Source of the DNA: Paracoccaceae bacterium
GTDB taxonomy: Bacteria; Pseudomonadota; Alphaproteobacteria; Rhodobacterales; Rhodobacteraceae
Direction of reading: 5' to 3'
DNA: 52,793 nt
Assembly: GCA_023260835.1 (NCBI GenBank)
Contig: JALQTR010000009.1
Location: 1-52,793, forward strand
Made by a program: the position numbers and the translations under genes. Shown here one piece after another: positions 38,612 to 47,661 of this stretch (position 1 is its first letter; each line of letters starts with the position of its first letter). The notes under the pieces are model-generated. The model did not search any database, was not told the DNA's origin, and was given only the letters and a program-made list of their open reading frames with translations.

Positions 38612-39898
38612 ATGAATGGATCTGTACCAATGCGCCTTATTCCTATTTTATCTGCTGTTGTTGTGACTGTGGTTTTGTATTTTCTGGTCGTTGATCGTGA
38701 TGTGATCACCGGCGAGGCCGCATCAGAAGACATGGTCGCCAGTGCAGATCAAGGAACAGAACAAGCCGCCGCGATGACGGTTGTCACTAAACGATCGACC
38801 GCACAAACCATTGATACCGCTGTGCGCCTGCGCGGGCAGACGCAGGCCGTTCGACAGCTGAATGTTATGGCCGAAACATCTGGCAAAGTCATATCGACCC
38901 CCCTGCGCAAAGGGGTATTTGTTCAAAAAGGTCAGGTGTTATGTGAAATTGACCCTGGCACACGCCCAGCCCGCCTGGCCGAGGCAGAGGCGCGATTGGC
39001 TGAAATCCGTGCCCGCCGCCCCGAAGCAACCGCCCGCATCCCCGAGGCAGAGGCGCGACTGCAACAAGCCATGGCCCAAGTGGCCGAGGCACGCATCAAC
39101 GACAATGCGGCGCAGCGCCTGTCCAAAGATGGCTATGCCTCTGACGCGCGTGTGGCCGCGGCCCAAGCGGGCATTCGCGCCGCCGAAGCTGGGGTAAAAG
39201 CGGCGCAAACGGGTGTGGAAACCGCCCGCGCGGGGCTGTTGTCATTGGAAGCCAACATCAGGTCCGCTGAAGCCGCGGTTCAGGCCGCCCAGACCGAAGT
39301 GAACCGTCTGCGCGTGATCGCCCCTTTCGCGGGGACGCTGGAAAGCGACACCGCCGAATATGGCAGCCTGATGCAGCCCAACGCCCCGTCCGGCGCGTCA
39401 TGTGCCACAATTTTGCAGCTTGATCCGATGAAATTGGTGGCCTTTGTGCCAGAAACCCAGATCACTCGGGTAAAAATTGGCGCGCGCGCCTTGGGCCGCA
39501 TCACGTCCAGCGAAACGCCAATCGAAGGCATCGTCACCTTTCTTGCCCGATCCGCAGACCCGCAGACCCGCACATTCAGGGTCGAAGCAGAGGTGCCAAA
39601 CCCCAACCTGTTGCTGCGCGATGGGCAAACCGTGGATATCGCCATCGATGCCGCCGGGGCCAAGGCGCATTTGCTGCCCGCCTCGGCGTTGACGCTGAAT
39701 GATCAAGGCACTTTGGGCGTGCGCACGGTGGGTGCAGATGGCATTGTGCAATTCATCCCAACGCAACTGCTGCGCGACACAGCGGAAGGCGTCTGGCTGG
39801 GCGGCCTGCCAGAAACCACGGATGTGATTGTCGTGGGCCAAGAATATGTGCGCGCAGGCGTCAAAGTCGCCACGGTTCAGGCGGAGGCCGCGCAATGA
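38612..39898 (+). CDS. RND efflux periplasmic adaptor (membrane fusion protein)
   Basis: N-terminal TM, a long alpha-hairpin rich in A/E/R heptads, lipoyl and beta-barrel segments (G.V....V..G..V..GQ.L, I.AP.AG). ATGA overlap with the permease. Confidence 0.88.
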   Translation: MNGSVPMRLIPILSAVVVTVVLYFLVVDRDVITGEAASEDMVASADQGTEQAAAMTVVTKRSTAQTIDTAVRLRGQTQAVRQLNVMAETSGKVISTPLRKGVFVQKGQVLCEIDPGTRPARLAEAEARLAEIRARRPEATARIPEAEARLQQAMAQVAEARINDNAAQRLSKDGYASDARVAAAQAGIRAAEAGVKAAQTGVETARAGLLSLEANIRSAEAAVQAAQTEVNRLRVIAPFAGTLESDTAEYGSLMQPNAPSGASCATILQLDPMKLVAFVPETQITRVKIGARALGRITSSETPIEGIVTFLARSADPQTRTFRVEAEVPNPNLLLRDGQTVDIAIDAAGAKAHLLPASALTLNDQGTLGVRTVGADGIVQFIPTQLLRDTAEGVWLGGLPETTDVIVVGQEYVRAGVKVATVQAEAAQ

Positions 39899-42800
39899 TC
39901 CGCATCGTTGATGTTGCCGCCGCGCGTGCGCGGATGGTGCTGGCATTTATTGCCCTGTCGCTGCTGGCAGGCGGTATTGCCTATATCGGCCTTCCCAAAG
40001 AAGGCGAGCCTGACATCGAAATTCCGGCCCTATTCGTCTCTGTCCCCTTTCCCGGCATTTCTGCGGCCGACAGTGAACGGCTGCTGGTTCAGGTGATGGA
40101 AACCGAACTGGCAGATCTGGATGGGCTGGATAAAATGACAGGCACTGCGGCCGAAAACTATGCCGGGGTGGCCCTTTTGTTTGAATTTGGCTGGGACAAG
40201 GGCGAAACCATTGCCGATGTGCGCGATGCGATGACACGGGCACAGGCGAAATTTCCATCTGGTGCTGAAAATTATTCAATTAATGAAATCAACTTTTCTG
40301 AATTTCCGATTTTGATTGTGTCACTCACCGGTGATGTGCCCGAACGCACCATGTCGCAGATTGCATCGCGCCTGCAGGACCGTTTAGAGAGCATCGATTC
40401 CGTACTGGAAGCCGGCATCGCCGGTAAGCGCGAAGAAATGGTCGAGGTGATCCTCGACCCGCTGCGGCTGGAATCCTATAACATCACCGCGCCGGAATTA
40501 ATCGCCGTTGTTCAAAACAATAACCGCCTGATTGCTGCGGGTGAAATCGACAGCGCACAGGGCAGTTTTGGGGTGAAAATCCCCGGCAGCTTCAACGATG
40601 TTCGCGATATTTATGCACTGCCGGTCAAGGTGAATGGCGATCGTATCATCACCCTGGGCGATTTGGCACAAATCCAGCTAACATTCGAAGACCGCAAAGG
40701 CACAGCACGGTTTAACGGCGAAAACACATTGGCCCTGCAGGTGGTCAAACGCAAAGGGTTCAACCTGATCGACACGGTCAGCGCCGTCAAATCCGCCATT
40801 GCGGATGAACAGGCCAATTGGCCCGCCGAATTGCGCGCCGCCGTGCGCATTGAAACATCCAATGACCAAAGCCGCGTTGTGGGCTCGATGGTTGGCCAGC
40901 TGGAAGGGTCGGTCCTGACGGCCATTGCACTGGTGATGATCGTGGTCTTGGCCAGTCTTGGGTCGCGCGCTGCGTTGCTTGTGGGGTTTTCCATTCCAAC
41001 CTCGTTCCTGTTGTGCTTTGCCCTGCTGGCACTTATGGGCATCAGTATTTCCAACATTGTTATGTTTGGGTTGATCCTGGCCGTTGGGATGCTGGTGGAT
41101 GGCGCGATTGTGGTGGTGGAATATGCCGATAAACGCATTGCCGAAGGCACCGGACCCATGCACGCCTATGTCGAGGCCGCAAAACGGATGTTTTGGCCGG
41201 TTGTGTCATCCACTGCGACCACGCTTTGCGCCTTTTTGCCCATGTTGTTTTGGCCCGGGGTGCCGGGGCAATTCATGGGCATGCTGCCGGTGACATTGAT
41301 TTTTGTCCTATCGGCATCACTGGTGGTGGCGCTGATTTATTTGCCCGTCATGGGCGGTGTGACCGGCCGGATGAGCCGCAGTTTTGGCCGCAGCGCCGCA
41401 GCCTTGCGGGCGCATCTGCCATGGGCCGCACGGGCGGGTCTGGTTCTGCTGGCATGGATCGCGATGTTCACAGGCGCGCGTCAGCTGCTGAACCCAAACT
41501 ACCTGATGCAACTGCCTGCGGATGCAACTGGGTTTGGAACGTTTATCGGGATCATTCTGTTTTTGGGCAGCGCCTTTTTGTCCTCGATCGCACTGCAATC
41601 CATTGCGCGGGACAAATCCCATAAGGTGCAAAAGGCGGGGTATCGCCGCAGTGCCTTTGGCCATGCCATCGCGTTCATCACCAAAAATCCGGTCATGCCT
41701 TTGGCCGCGATTGGCGGGATCTTCTTTTTGGTGATTTCTGTGTTCAGCTATTTTGGCGAACATTCCAACGGGGTCGAATTTTTTGTCGACAGTGAACCGG
41801 AACAGGCCATCGTTTATGTGCGCGCCCGCGGCAACCTGTCGATTGATGAAAAGGATAATTTGGTGCGCCAAGTGGAACAGATCGTTCTGGCCCACCCCGG
41901 TGTCGCCAATGCCTTCAGCTTCGCGGGTGAGGGCGGGTTGAAAAACAACACCGGTGGCGCGCAGCCCCCCTTGGATACAATTGGCCAGGTACAGCTGGAA
42001 ACAATCCCATGGGAGGATCGCGCAGACCGTCCAGATTTGGATGGCGATGTGGTTTTGGCCGAATTGACCGATCAAATTGCTGCCGTTCCGGGCATTAAAT
42101 TCGAAATTCTGGCACAGGCACGCGGCCCTGCTGCCGCCAAACCCCTGCACCTGCGCATCAAGGGCGATGATTGGGACCTGCTGACGAAAACCACAGCCGC
42201 ATTGCGTGAAAAATTTGAAGCAACCCCAGGGGTTATTCAAATTGAGGACACCCTGCCCCTACCCGGTATTGATTGGCAAATCGATGTGGATGTGGAAAAG
42301 GCCGGCCGCTATGGCGCGGATGTGGCCACGGTTGGCGCTATGGTGCAGCTGGTCACGCGGGGGATTTTGCTGGATACCATGCGGGTGGACAGCTCGGACC
42401 AAGAAATTGACATCCGCGTGCGCCTTCCTGCTGAAGACCGCGTGCTGTCGACGCTGGACACCCTGAAAGTGCGCACCCGCGATGGGCTGGTGCCGCTGGC
42501 CAATTTCATCACCCGCACCCCAGTGCCGCGTCTGGCGCAGATCAACCGCGAAAACCAAACGCGATATTTTGATATCAAAGCCGGCGTTGCAGCGGGGCAA
42601 ACCATCACAAAAACCGCCGAGGATGGCACACAGACCACGATTTCCATCAACGCCAATGAACGGATTGAGACCCTAACAGCCTGGCTGCAGGACAACCCCC
42701 TGCCCGCCGGCATCAGCTGGGAATGGACTGGCGATCAGGAAGATCAGGCCGAAAGCCAGGCATTTTTATCAAAGGCCTTTTCCGCCGCTTTGGGGTTGAT

Positions 42801-43416
42801 GTTCATCATCCTGCTGGCACAGTTCAACAGCTTTTATAATGCGGTTTTGGTTCTGCTTGCGGTGGTTCTGTCCACAACGGGCGTGCTGATCGGGATGCTG
42901 GTCATGGACCAAAGCTTCAGCGTGATCATGACGGGCACAGGGATCGTTGCATTGGCGGGGATTGTGGTGAACAACAATATCGTACTGATTGACACCTATC
43001 AGGATTTTGCCCGCTATATGCCCCGGCTTGAAGCGATTGTGCGCACCGCCGAGGCCCGCATCCGCCCCGTTTTACTGACCACAATCACCACCATGGCCGG
43101 GCTTACACCCATGATGCTGGGGCTCAGCCTGGATTTCATCGCCGGCGGTTATTCCATCGACAGCCCCACGGCACTGTGGTGGAAGCAACTGGCGACGGCT
43201 GTTGTGTTTGGATTGGGGATTGCCACGGTGCTGACGCTGGTTTTCACCCCCGCGATGCTGGCAATGCGGGTTTGGCTGTGGCGCTATTTGATCTGGTTGT
43301 CGATCCTTTTGGCGCGGCTGTCATTGGGCAAATCCAGCCAAATGGTGCGTGATCGTGCCTTGGCAATGAACCTGCGTAAGTTCCGGCAGATTGAACTGCA
43401 ATGGGATCAGACCTGA
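39895..43416 (+). CDS. RND efflux permease (AcrB/HAE-type), unusually long at 1,173 aa
   Basis: Typical RND topology with two large periplasmic loops, GMLVDGAIVV in TM4 and GIVVNNNIVLID in TM10. Has an extra segment between TM6 and TM7. Confidence 0.92.
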   Translation: MIRIVDVAAARARMVLAFIALSLLAGGIAYIGLPKEGEPDIEIPALFVSVPFPGISAADSERLLVQVMETELADLDGLDKMTGTAAENYAGVALLFEFGWDKGETIADVRDAMTRAQAKFPSGAENYSINEINFSEFPILIVSLTGDVPERTMSQIASRLQDRLESIDSVLEAGIAGKREEMVEVILDPLRLESYNITAPELIAVVQNNNRLIAAGEIDSAQGSFGVKIPGSFNDVRDIYALPVKVNGDRIITLGDLAQIQLTFEDRKGTARFNGENTLALQVVKRKGFNLIDTVSAVKSAIADEQANWPAELRAAVRIETSNDQSRVVGSMVGQLEGSVLTAIALVMIVVLASLGSRAALLVGFSIPTSFLLCFALLALMGISISNIVMFGLILAVGMLVDGAIVVVEYADKRIAEGTGPMHAYVEAAKRMFWPVVSSTATTLCAFLPMLFWPGVPGQFMGMLPVTLIFVLSASLVVALIYLPVMGGVTGRMSRSFGRSAAALRAHLPWAARAGLVLLAWIAMFTGARQLLNPNYLMQLPADATGFGTFIGIILFLGSAFLSSIALQSIARDKSHKVQKAGYRRSAFGHAIAFITKNPVMPLAAIGGIFFLVISVFSYFGEHSNGVEFFVDSEPEQAIVYVRARGNLSIDEKDNLVRQVEQIVLAHPGVANAFSFAGEGGLKNNTGGAQPPLDTIGQVQLETIPWEDRADRPDLDGDVVLAELTDQIAAVPGIKFEILAQARGPAAAKPLHLRIKGDDWDLLTKTTAALREKFEATPGVIQIEDTLPLPGIDWQIDVDVEKAGRYGADVATVGAMVQLVTRGILLDTMRVDSSDQEIDIRVRLPAEDRVLSTLDTLKVRTRDGLVPLANFITRTPVPRLAQINRENQTRYFDIKAGVAAGQTITKTAEDGTQTTISINANERIETLTAWLQDNPLPAGISWEWTGDQEDQAESQAFLSKAFSAALGLMFIILLAQFNSFYNAVLVLLAVVLSTTGVLIGMLVMDQSFSVIMTGTGIVALAGIVVNNNIVLIDTYQDFARYMPRLEAIVRTAEARIRPVLLTTITTMAGLTPMMLGLSLDFIAGGYSIDSPTALWWKQLATAVVFGLGIATVLTLVFTPAMLAMRVWLWRYLIWLSILLARLSLGKSSQMVRDRALAMNLRKFRQIELQWDQT

Positions 43417-43739
43417 CGCGGACCTGTGCCGATTTGATCCAAAATGCGTTCTATCTGTGGATCCATCGCAGGGGACAGCCGATCCTTCAACCGGTCAAAC
43501 CGCGCCTTCAGCGCGGCCTTTTCGGCGCCCTGACAATCATTCCATGGGCGCCCCTGAAGCGCCATATGCAGCACGTAATATCCAATGAAATGCGGCCGTG
43601 TTCCGGTTTCCATCAGCCGCATATAGGCCGCATCGGCCCCCAATTCATGCAACTCAGCCGCGCTGGTAATTCCGGCCTTCATCAACGCCTCTGCCGTGGC
43701 GGGGCCAATGTTTCGGATGGTGGTTAAATCAGATGGCAT
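43407..43739 (-). CDS. TfoX C-terminal-domain-only protein (HhH DNA-binding fold)
   Basis: 110 aa. L..I.NIGP.....L...GI.S..EL...GA resembles the TfoX_C helix-hairpin-helix domain. The 3' end overlaps the RND permease 3' end by 10 nt. Confidence 0.68.
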   Translation of the reverse strand: MPSDLTTIRNIGPATAEALMKAGITSAAELHELGADAAYMRLMETGTRPHFIGYYVLHMALQGRPWNDCQGAEKAALKARFDRLKDRLSPAMDPQIERILDQIGTGPRQV

Positions 43740-43796
43740 TTTCAGGCCTTTAAACTGGTTACACCCAATGACACCAAAGATCTGTCAAAACCGCAA

Positions 43797-43831
43797 CAAA
43801 AAACCGCGCGCGCCGGACAGGCGCACGCGGT
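43797..43831 (-). terminator. Rho-independent terminator of ndk
   Basis: Minus strand reads ACCGCGTGCGCC-TGTCC-GGCGCGCGCGGT followed by TTTTTTG. Confidence 0.72.
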
Positions 43832-43856
43832 GTTTTAAAGGGTCAAACCGAATGGT

Positions 43857-44279
43857 TTAACCAACCAATTCCAGACCCGAGAAGAAATACGCGATTTCAA
43901 CAGCAGCCGTTTCAGGCGCATCCGAACCGTGGACAGAGTTTTCACCAACCGATTGCGCAAATTCGGCGCGGATCGTGCCGGGGGCGGCGTCTGCTGGGTT
44001 GGTTGCGCCCATGACTTCGCGGTTTTTCGCAATCGCGCCTTCGCCTTCTAAAACCTGCACAACAACAGGGGCTGATGCCATGAAATCGCACAGTTCGTCA
44101 TAGAAGGGGCGTTCCGCGTGCACGGCATAGAAAACGCCGGCTTGGGCTTTGGACAGGTGAATACGCTTTTGCGCAACAATGCGCAAACCTGCGTCTTCGA
44201 ATTTTGCGTTGATTTTACCGGTCAGGTTGCGGGCGGTTGCATCGGGTTTGATGATCGACAGGGTGCGTTCGACGGCCAT
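43857..44279 (-). CDS. ndk: Nucleoside diphosphate kinase
   Basis: [14 protein letters not shown], the GATNP motif and the active-site NSVHGSD. Start chosen at ATG 44279. Confidence 0.96.
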   Translation of the reverse strand: MAVERTLSIIKPDATARNLTGKINAKFEDAGLRIVAQKRIHLSKAQAGVFYAVHAERPFYDELCDFMASAPVVVQVLEGEGAIAKNREVMGATNPADAAPGTIRAEFAQSVGENSVHGSDAPETAAVEIAYFFSGLELVG

Positions 44280-44428
44280 TGGATGGATCCTTTTGATTAA
44301 CGTTTCAGGGGGCGCCCCGGCACATGGCATGGGGCTTTACCTGCTGCGCCCGTTACCATGATGGGGCTGGCTTGAAAAGGGCAAAGCTTGCGCTGGCGTG
44401 CGACGTTGCGCCCTGCTATGACGCCTGC

Positions 44429-46285
44429 ATGATACAGATCGACGCCATTGGATACAGCATTGAAGGACGGCCCCTGTTTGACGGGGCCAGCGCGACGATT
44501 CCCACCGGCCATAAGGTGGGTTTGGTTGGGCGCAATGGCACCGGTAAAACCACGCTGTTCCGCCTAATCCGCGGCGAGCTGACATTGGACCATGGGCAAA
44601 TCACCCTACCCGCCCGCGCCCGCATCGGCGGTGTTGCTCAAGAAGCCCCCGCCAGCGATGTGTCCTTGCTGGACACAGTGCTGGCCGCCGACAAAGAACG
44701 CGCAGCCCTGCTGGCCGAAGCAGACACGGCCACAGACCCAACCCGCATCGCCGAGGTGCAGACCCGTCTGGCCGATATCGACGCATGGTCTGCCCCCGCC
44801 CGCGCCAGCACCATTTTAAAGGGGCTGGGCTTTGACGAGGCCGCACAGGCCCGCCCCTGCGCCGATTTTTCAGGCGGCTGGCGAATGCGCGTGGCCCTGG
44901 CCGCGGTGCTGTTTTCGGCGCCTGATATACTGCTGCTGGATGAACCCACGAACTATTTGGATCTTGAAGGCGCGCTGTGGCTTGAAGGGTTTTTGCAAAA
45001 ATATCCCCATACGGTACTGATTGTCAGCCATGACCGCGGGCTTTTGAACCGCGCGGTACAGGGGATCTTGCATCTAGAGGCGCAAAAGCTGACCTATTGG
45101 ACCGGCAGCTTTGGCCAATTCCTGTCTGCCCGCGCCATGCAGGCGAAAATTCAGGGCGAAGCCGCCCGCAAACAGGCCGCCCGCCGCGCACATCTGCAAA
45201 GCTTCGTTGACCGGTTCCGCGCCAAAGCGTCCAAGGCCAAACAAGCGCAATCGCGTCTGAAAATGCTGGAAAAGATGGACCCGATTGCCGCCCCAGAGGA
45301 GGCCGCAAATCACGTCTTTACCTTCCCCCAGCCCGATCAATTACCCCCGCCGATTGTGCATATTGATGATGGTGCGGTGGGGTATGGCGATAAAACCATC
45401 CTGTCACGCTTGGCCCTGCGCATTGATCAGGACGACCGCATTGCGCTTTTGGGACGCAATGGGATGGGGAAATCCACCTTGTCGAAATTGCTGGCGGGGG
45501 AATTGCCCCTGCAATCGGGTCGGCTGACAAAATCCAACAAGCTGCGCATTGGGTATTTCGCACAGCATCAAATGGATGTGCTGCGCGCCGCGGAAACCCC
45601 GTTGCAACACCTGCAACGCGCGCGCCCCGATACCCCGCCTGCCAAACTGCGCGCGCAACTGGCGGGGTTTGGCCTGTTGGCCGCACAGGCCGAAACCGAA
45701 GTGGGCCGTCTGTCGGGCGGGCAAAAGGCGCGCCTGACGCTGCTGTTGGCCACGCTGGACGCACCCCATATGTTAATCTTGGACGAACCCACCAACCATT
45801 TGGACATGGAAAGCCGCGAGGCCCTGGCCGAAGCGCTGGCCGCCTATGACGGGGCGGTGGTATTGGTCAGCCATGATATGCACCTGTTGAACCTTGTTGC
45901 GGATCGGTTGTGGCTGGTCGCGGATGGGCGCGTTCAGCCCTATGACGGGGATCTGGACAGTTACCGGCAGTTTTTGCTGCAGGCAGCGCCGGCAAAACCT
46001 GTTGATAAACCCCAGGCAACGGCCAAACCCACGCGCCCCAGCCGCGATGCAATTCTGGCCCTGCGCAGCGATCTGCGCAAAGCCGAAGCCCGCATTGAAA
46101 AACTGGAAGAGATGCATGAAAAGCTATCGGCCATTTTGGCCGATCCGGCGCTTTATGAAGACAGCAAAATTTCCGAATTGGAAGGCTGGAACCGCAAATA
46201 CGCCGAACTGACCGAGGCCATGGCGCGCGCGGAAACCCTATGGATGGCCGCGCAAGAAGCGCTGGATCAGGCTGAAAGCCAATAA
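44429..46285 (+). CDS. ABC-F family ATPase (two ABC domains, no TM; Uup/YheS-like translation factor class)
   Basis: Two Walker A motifs (GRNGTGKTT, GRNGMGKST), two LSGG signatures, an inter-domain basic linker and a C-terminal coiled coil. Start chosen at MIQID (44429). Confidence 0.9.
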   Translation: MIQIDAIGYSIEGRPLFDGASATIPTGHKVGLVGRNGTGKTTLFRLIRGELTLDHGQITLPARARIGGVAQEAPASDVSLLDTVLAADKERAALLAEADTATDPTRIAEVQTRLADIDAWSAPARASTILKGLGFDEAAQARPCADFSGGWRMRVALAAVLFSAPDILLLDEPTNYLDLEGALWLEGFLQKYPHTVLIVSHDRGLLNRAVQGILHLEAQKLTYWTGSFGQFLSARAMQAKIQGEAARKQAARRAHLQSFVDRFRAKASKAKQAQSRLKMLEKMDPIAAPEEAANHVFTFPQPDQLPPPIVHIDDGAVGYGDKTILSRLALRIDQDDRIALLGRNGMGKSTLSKLLAGELPLQSGRLTKSNKLRIGYFAQHQMDVLRAAETPLQHLQRARPDTPPAKLRAQLAGFGLLAAQAETEVGRLSGGQKARLTLLLATLDAPHMLILDEPTNHLDMESREALAEALAAYDGAVVLVSHDMHLLNLVADRLWLVADGRVQPYDGDLDSYRQFLLQAAPAKPVDKPQATAKPTRPSRDAILALRSDLRKAEARIEKLEEMHEKLSAILADPALYEDSKISELEGWNRKYAELTEAMARAETLWMAAQEALDQAESQ

Positions 46286-46350
46286 AAGGTAGACACAACA
46301 GGATATTATCCTGTTTGCGCGTTGCCAAATTTCCAACTGAAGGGGGAAAG

Positions 46351-46427
46351 TGGCGCGGTTGACGGGGCTCGAACCCGCGACCCCCGGCGTGACAGGCCGG
46401 TACTCTAACCAACTGAGCTACAACCGC
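46351..46427 (-). tRNA. tRNA-Asp (anticodon GTC), CCA encoded
   Basis: The 77-nt reverse complement GCGGTTGTAGCTCAGTTGGTTAGAGTACCGGCCTGTCACGCCGGGGGTCGCGGGTTCGAGCCCCGTCAACCGCGCCA folds as a cloverleaf. It has a 7-bp acceptor stem, the CTGTCAC anticodon loop and the GGTTCGAGC T-loop. Confidence 0.93.
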
Positions 46428-46438
46428 GCGATGTGGGC

Positions 46439-46467
46439 TGATTAGGCCATGTCGCGGGGGGCGTCAA
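46439..46467 (-). promoter_or_regulatory. Candidate sigma-70 promoter of tRNA-Asp
   Basis: Minus strand reads TTGACG-17 nt-TAATCA, ending 11 nt before the mature tRNA 5' end. Confidence 0.45.
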
Positions 46468-46516
46468 CACGAAAAAGCGTAAAGTTTCACATAACCGCAT
46501 TTTTTTTCAGATGGCC

Positions 46517-46555
46517 CAAAAAATAAAGGCCCGCATCCAATGAAGAATGCGGGCC
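46517..46555 (-). terminator. Rho-independent terminator of the usp gene
   Basis: Minus strand reads GGCCCGCAT-10 nt loop-ATGCGGGCC followed by TTTATTTTTT. Confidence 0.7.
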
Positions 46556-46575
46556 CTTCGGGGGGAAACAGAAAC

Positions 46576-47415
46576 TTAATGCGCCATAATCAGCGGGACA
46601 GCCCCACTGCCCAGCATATCGCGTGTTGCGCCGCCAAAGATGGCTTCACGCAGGCGAGAATGGCCATAGGCGCCCATGATGATGCCATCTGCGGCACAAT
46701 CTGCGGCATGGCGCAGCAAAACATCTGCCACGCGCGGAAGCGATTTGCCCAACACATCAATTTCACAGCGAATCCCATGGCGTGACAGGTATTGCGACAA
46801 AACCCCACCCGGATCAGACCGATTTGCCCCGTGTTCAGGCGGATCAATCACCACAATGCGCACACAGCCCGCCGCTTTCATCATGGGCAACGCGGCCCGG
46901 GCTGCGGCCAAGGCTTCGGCGCTTTCGTCCCAAGCCAGCATTGGGTTTTTGGGCAAGCCATTGGCCGCACCATCGCCAGATGGCACATAAATTGGCACCG
47001 CCCCATCAAAGATCGCCCCTTCGATCAGCGCCTCTTGATCGCCAGATTGCCCATCATGATAGGGCGAGGCCAAGACGCACAGATCCGCAAAACGCGCCCG
47101 CAGGCCAACCTGCCGCGCGACATCGCCCATGGCGACCACAGTTGATTCGATGGTGAAACACAGCCCTTCACGGCGCAGCAATTCGGCTGCTGCTTTGCCC
47201 AGGGCCTCGGCCTCTTCGCGGGCGCGGGTGATCACCTCTTGGATTACCACAGCGGATGCCCCACCATAATAAAAGCCGCTTTGGTTGCGGTCGACACCAA
47301 TGCAAAGAACATCCAAATGCGCATCCAATGCCAGCGCCATTGCCGCAGCCTGTTCAAGCTGTGCTTTGGCGCTGTCCATATCTGCAATGGCGGTGAATAT
47401 GGTTTTATAGGTCAT
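46576..47415 (-). CDS. Universal stress protein, tandem Usp domains
   Basis: 279 aa. The C-terminal domain carries the ATP-binding-type motif G.....GS....V......P.L..H. Divergent from ccoN, as in Rhodobacter. Confidence 0.83.
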   Translation of the reverse strand: MTYKTIFTAIADMDSAKAQLEQAAAMALALDAHLDVLCIGVDRNQSGFYYGGASAVVIQEVITRAREEAEALGKAAAELLRREGLCFTIESTVVAMGDVARQVGLRARFADLCVLASPYHDGQSGDQEALIEGAIFDGAVPIYVPSGDGAANGLPKNPMLAWDESAEALAAARAALPMMKAAGCVRIVVIDPPEHGANRSDPGGVLSQYLSRHGIRCEIDVLGKSLPRVADVLLRHAADCAADGIIMGAYGHSRLREAIFGGATRDMLGSGAVPLIMAH

Positions 47416-47491
47416 GGTGCTGAAGGCTCCTTACCCCGTGCTTGGGTGTTGTGATCAGATACCCCAGTGAACTCCATCACGAATCGCGCCG

Positions 47492-47509
47492 CTTTGATCC
47501 GGATCAAAG
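47492..47509. promoter_or_regulatory. FNR/FnrL box 1: perfect TTGAT-ccgg-ATCAA within an 18-bp perfect palindrome
   Basis: CTTTGATCCGGATCAAAG read directly from the sequence. Its centre is about 85 nt upstream of the usp ATG. Confidence 0.75.
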
Positions 47510-47525
47510 CCGTAAATTACCCAGC

Positions 47526-47539
47526 TTGATACAGATCAA
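47526..47539. promoter_or_regulatory. FNR/FnrL box 2: TTGAT-acag-ATCAA
   Basis: Both half-sites are perfect. The centre is 32 bp from box 1 and about 130 nt upstream of the ccoN ATG. Confidence 0.75.
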
Positions 47540-47661
47540 AGTCACTTCCAGCGCCGCAAGGCATATGGGCAGTGTCTAAAAAGGTCTGCGAGCAGCAGGA
47601 TTCGTTTGCGTATCTGATGCATCTGGTGATTGCAGGCCAAATAAACAAGGGACTTGGACGA

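Noticed and set aside
41317-42240. 307-aa ORF antisense within the RND permease, plus similar ones at 39398-39946 and 40611-41163
   Set aside because: These are shadow ORFs of a long GC-rich gene. They have no independent signals.
44324-44428. 35-codon extension or leader ORF upstream of the ABC-F gene, considered as a possible attenuator peptide as in antibiotic-resistance ABC-F genes
   Set aside because: The extension is in frame with the gene and overlaps the divergent ndk start region. I saw no alternative terminator/antiterminator hairpins. The ABC-F looks like a housekeeping Uup/YheS type.
46286-46575. Possible genomic island or integrase at tRNA-Asp
   Set aside because: Both flanks are ordinary core genes (ABC-F and usp) with their own terminators. 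I saw no integrase, no direct repeat of the tRNA 3' end and no compositional break.
47572-47661. 30-codon N-terminal extension of ccoN in the ORF track
   Set aside because: The extension lacks a signal or TM character. The ATG at 47662 gives the usual CcoN length of about 533 aa and is preceded by a purine-rich RBS-like stretch.
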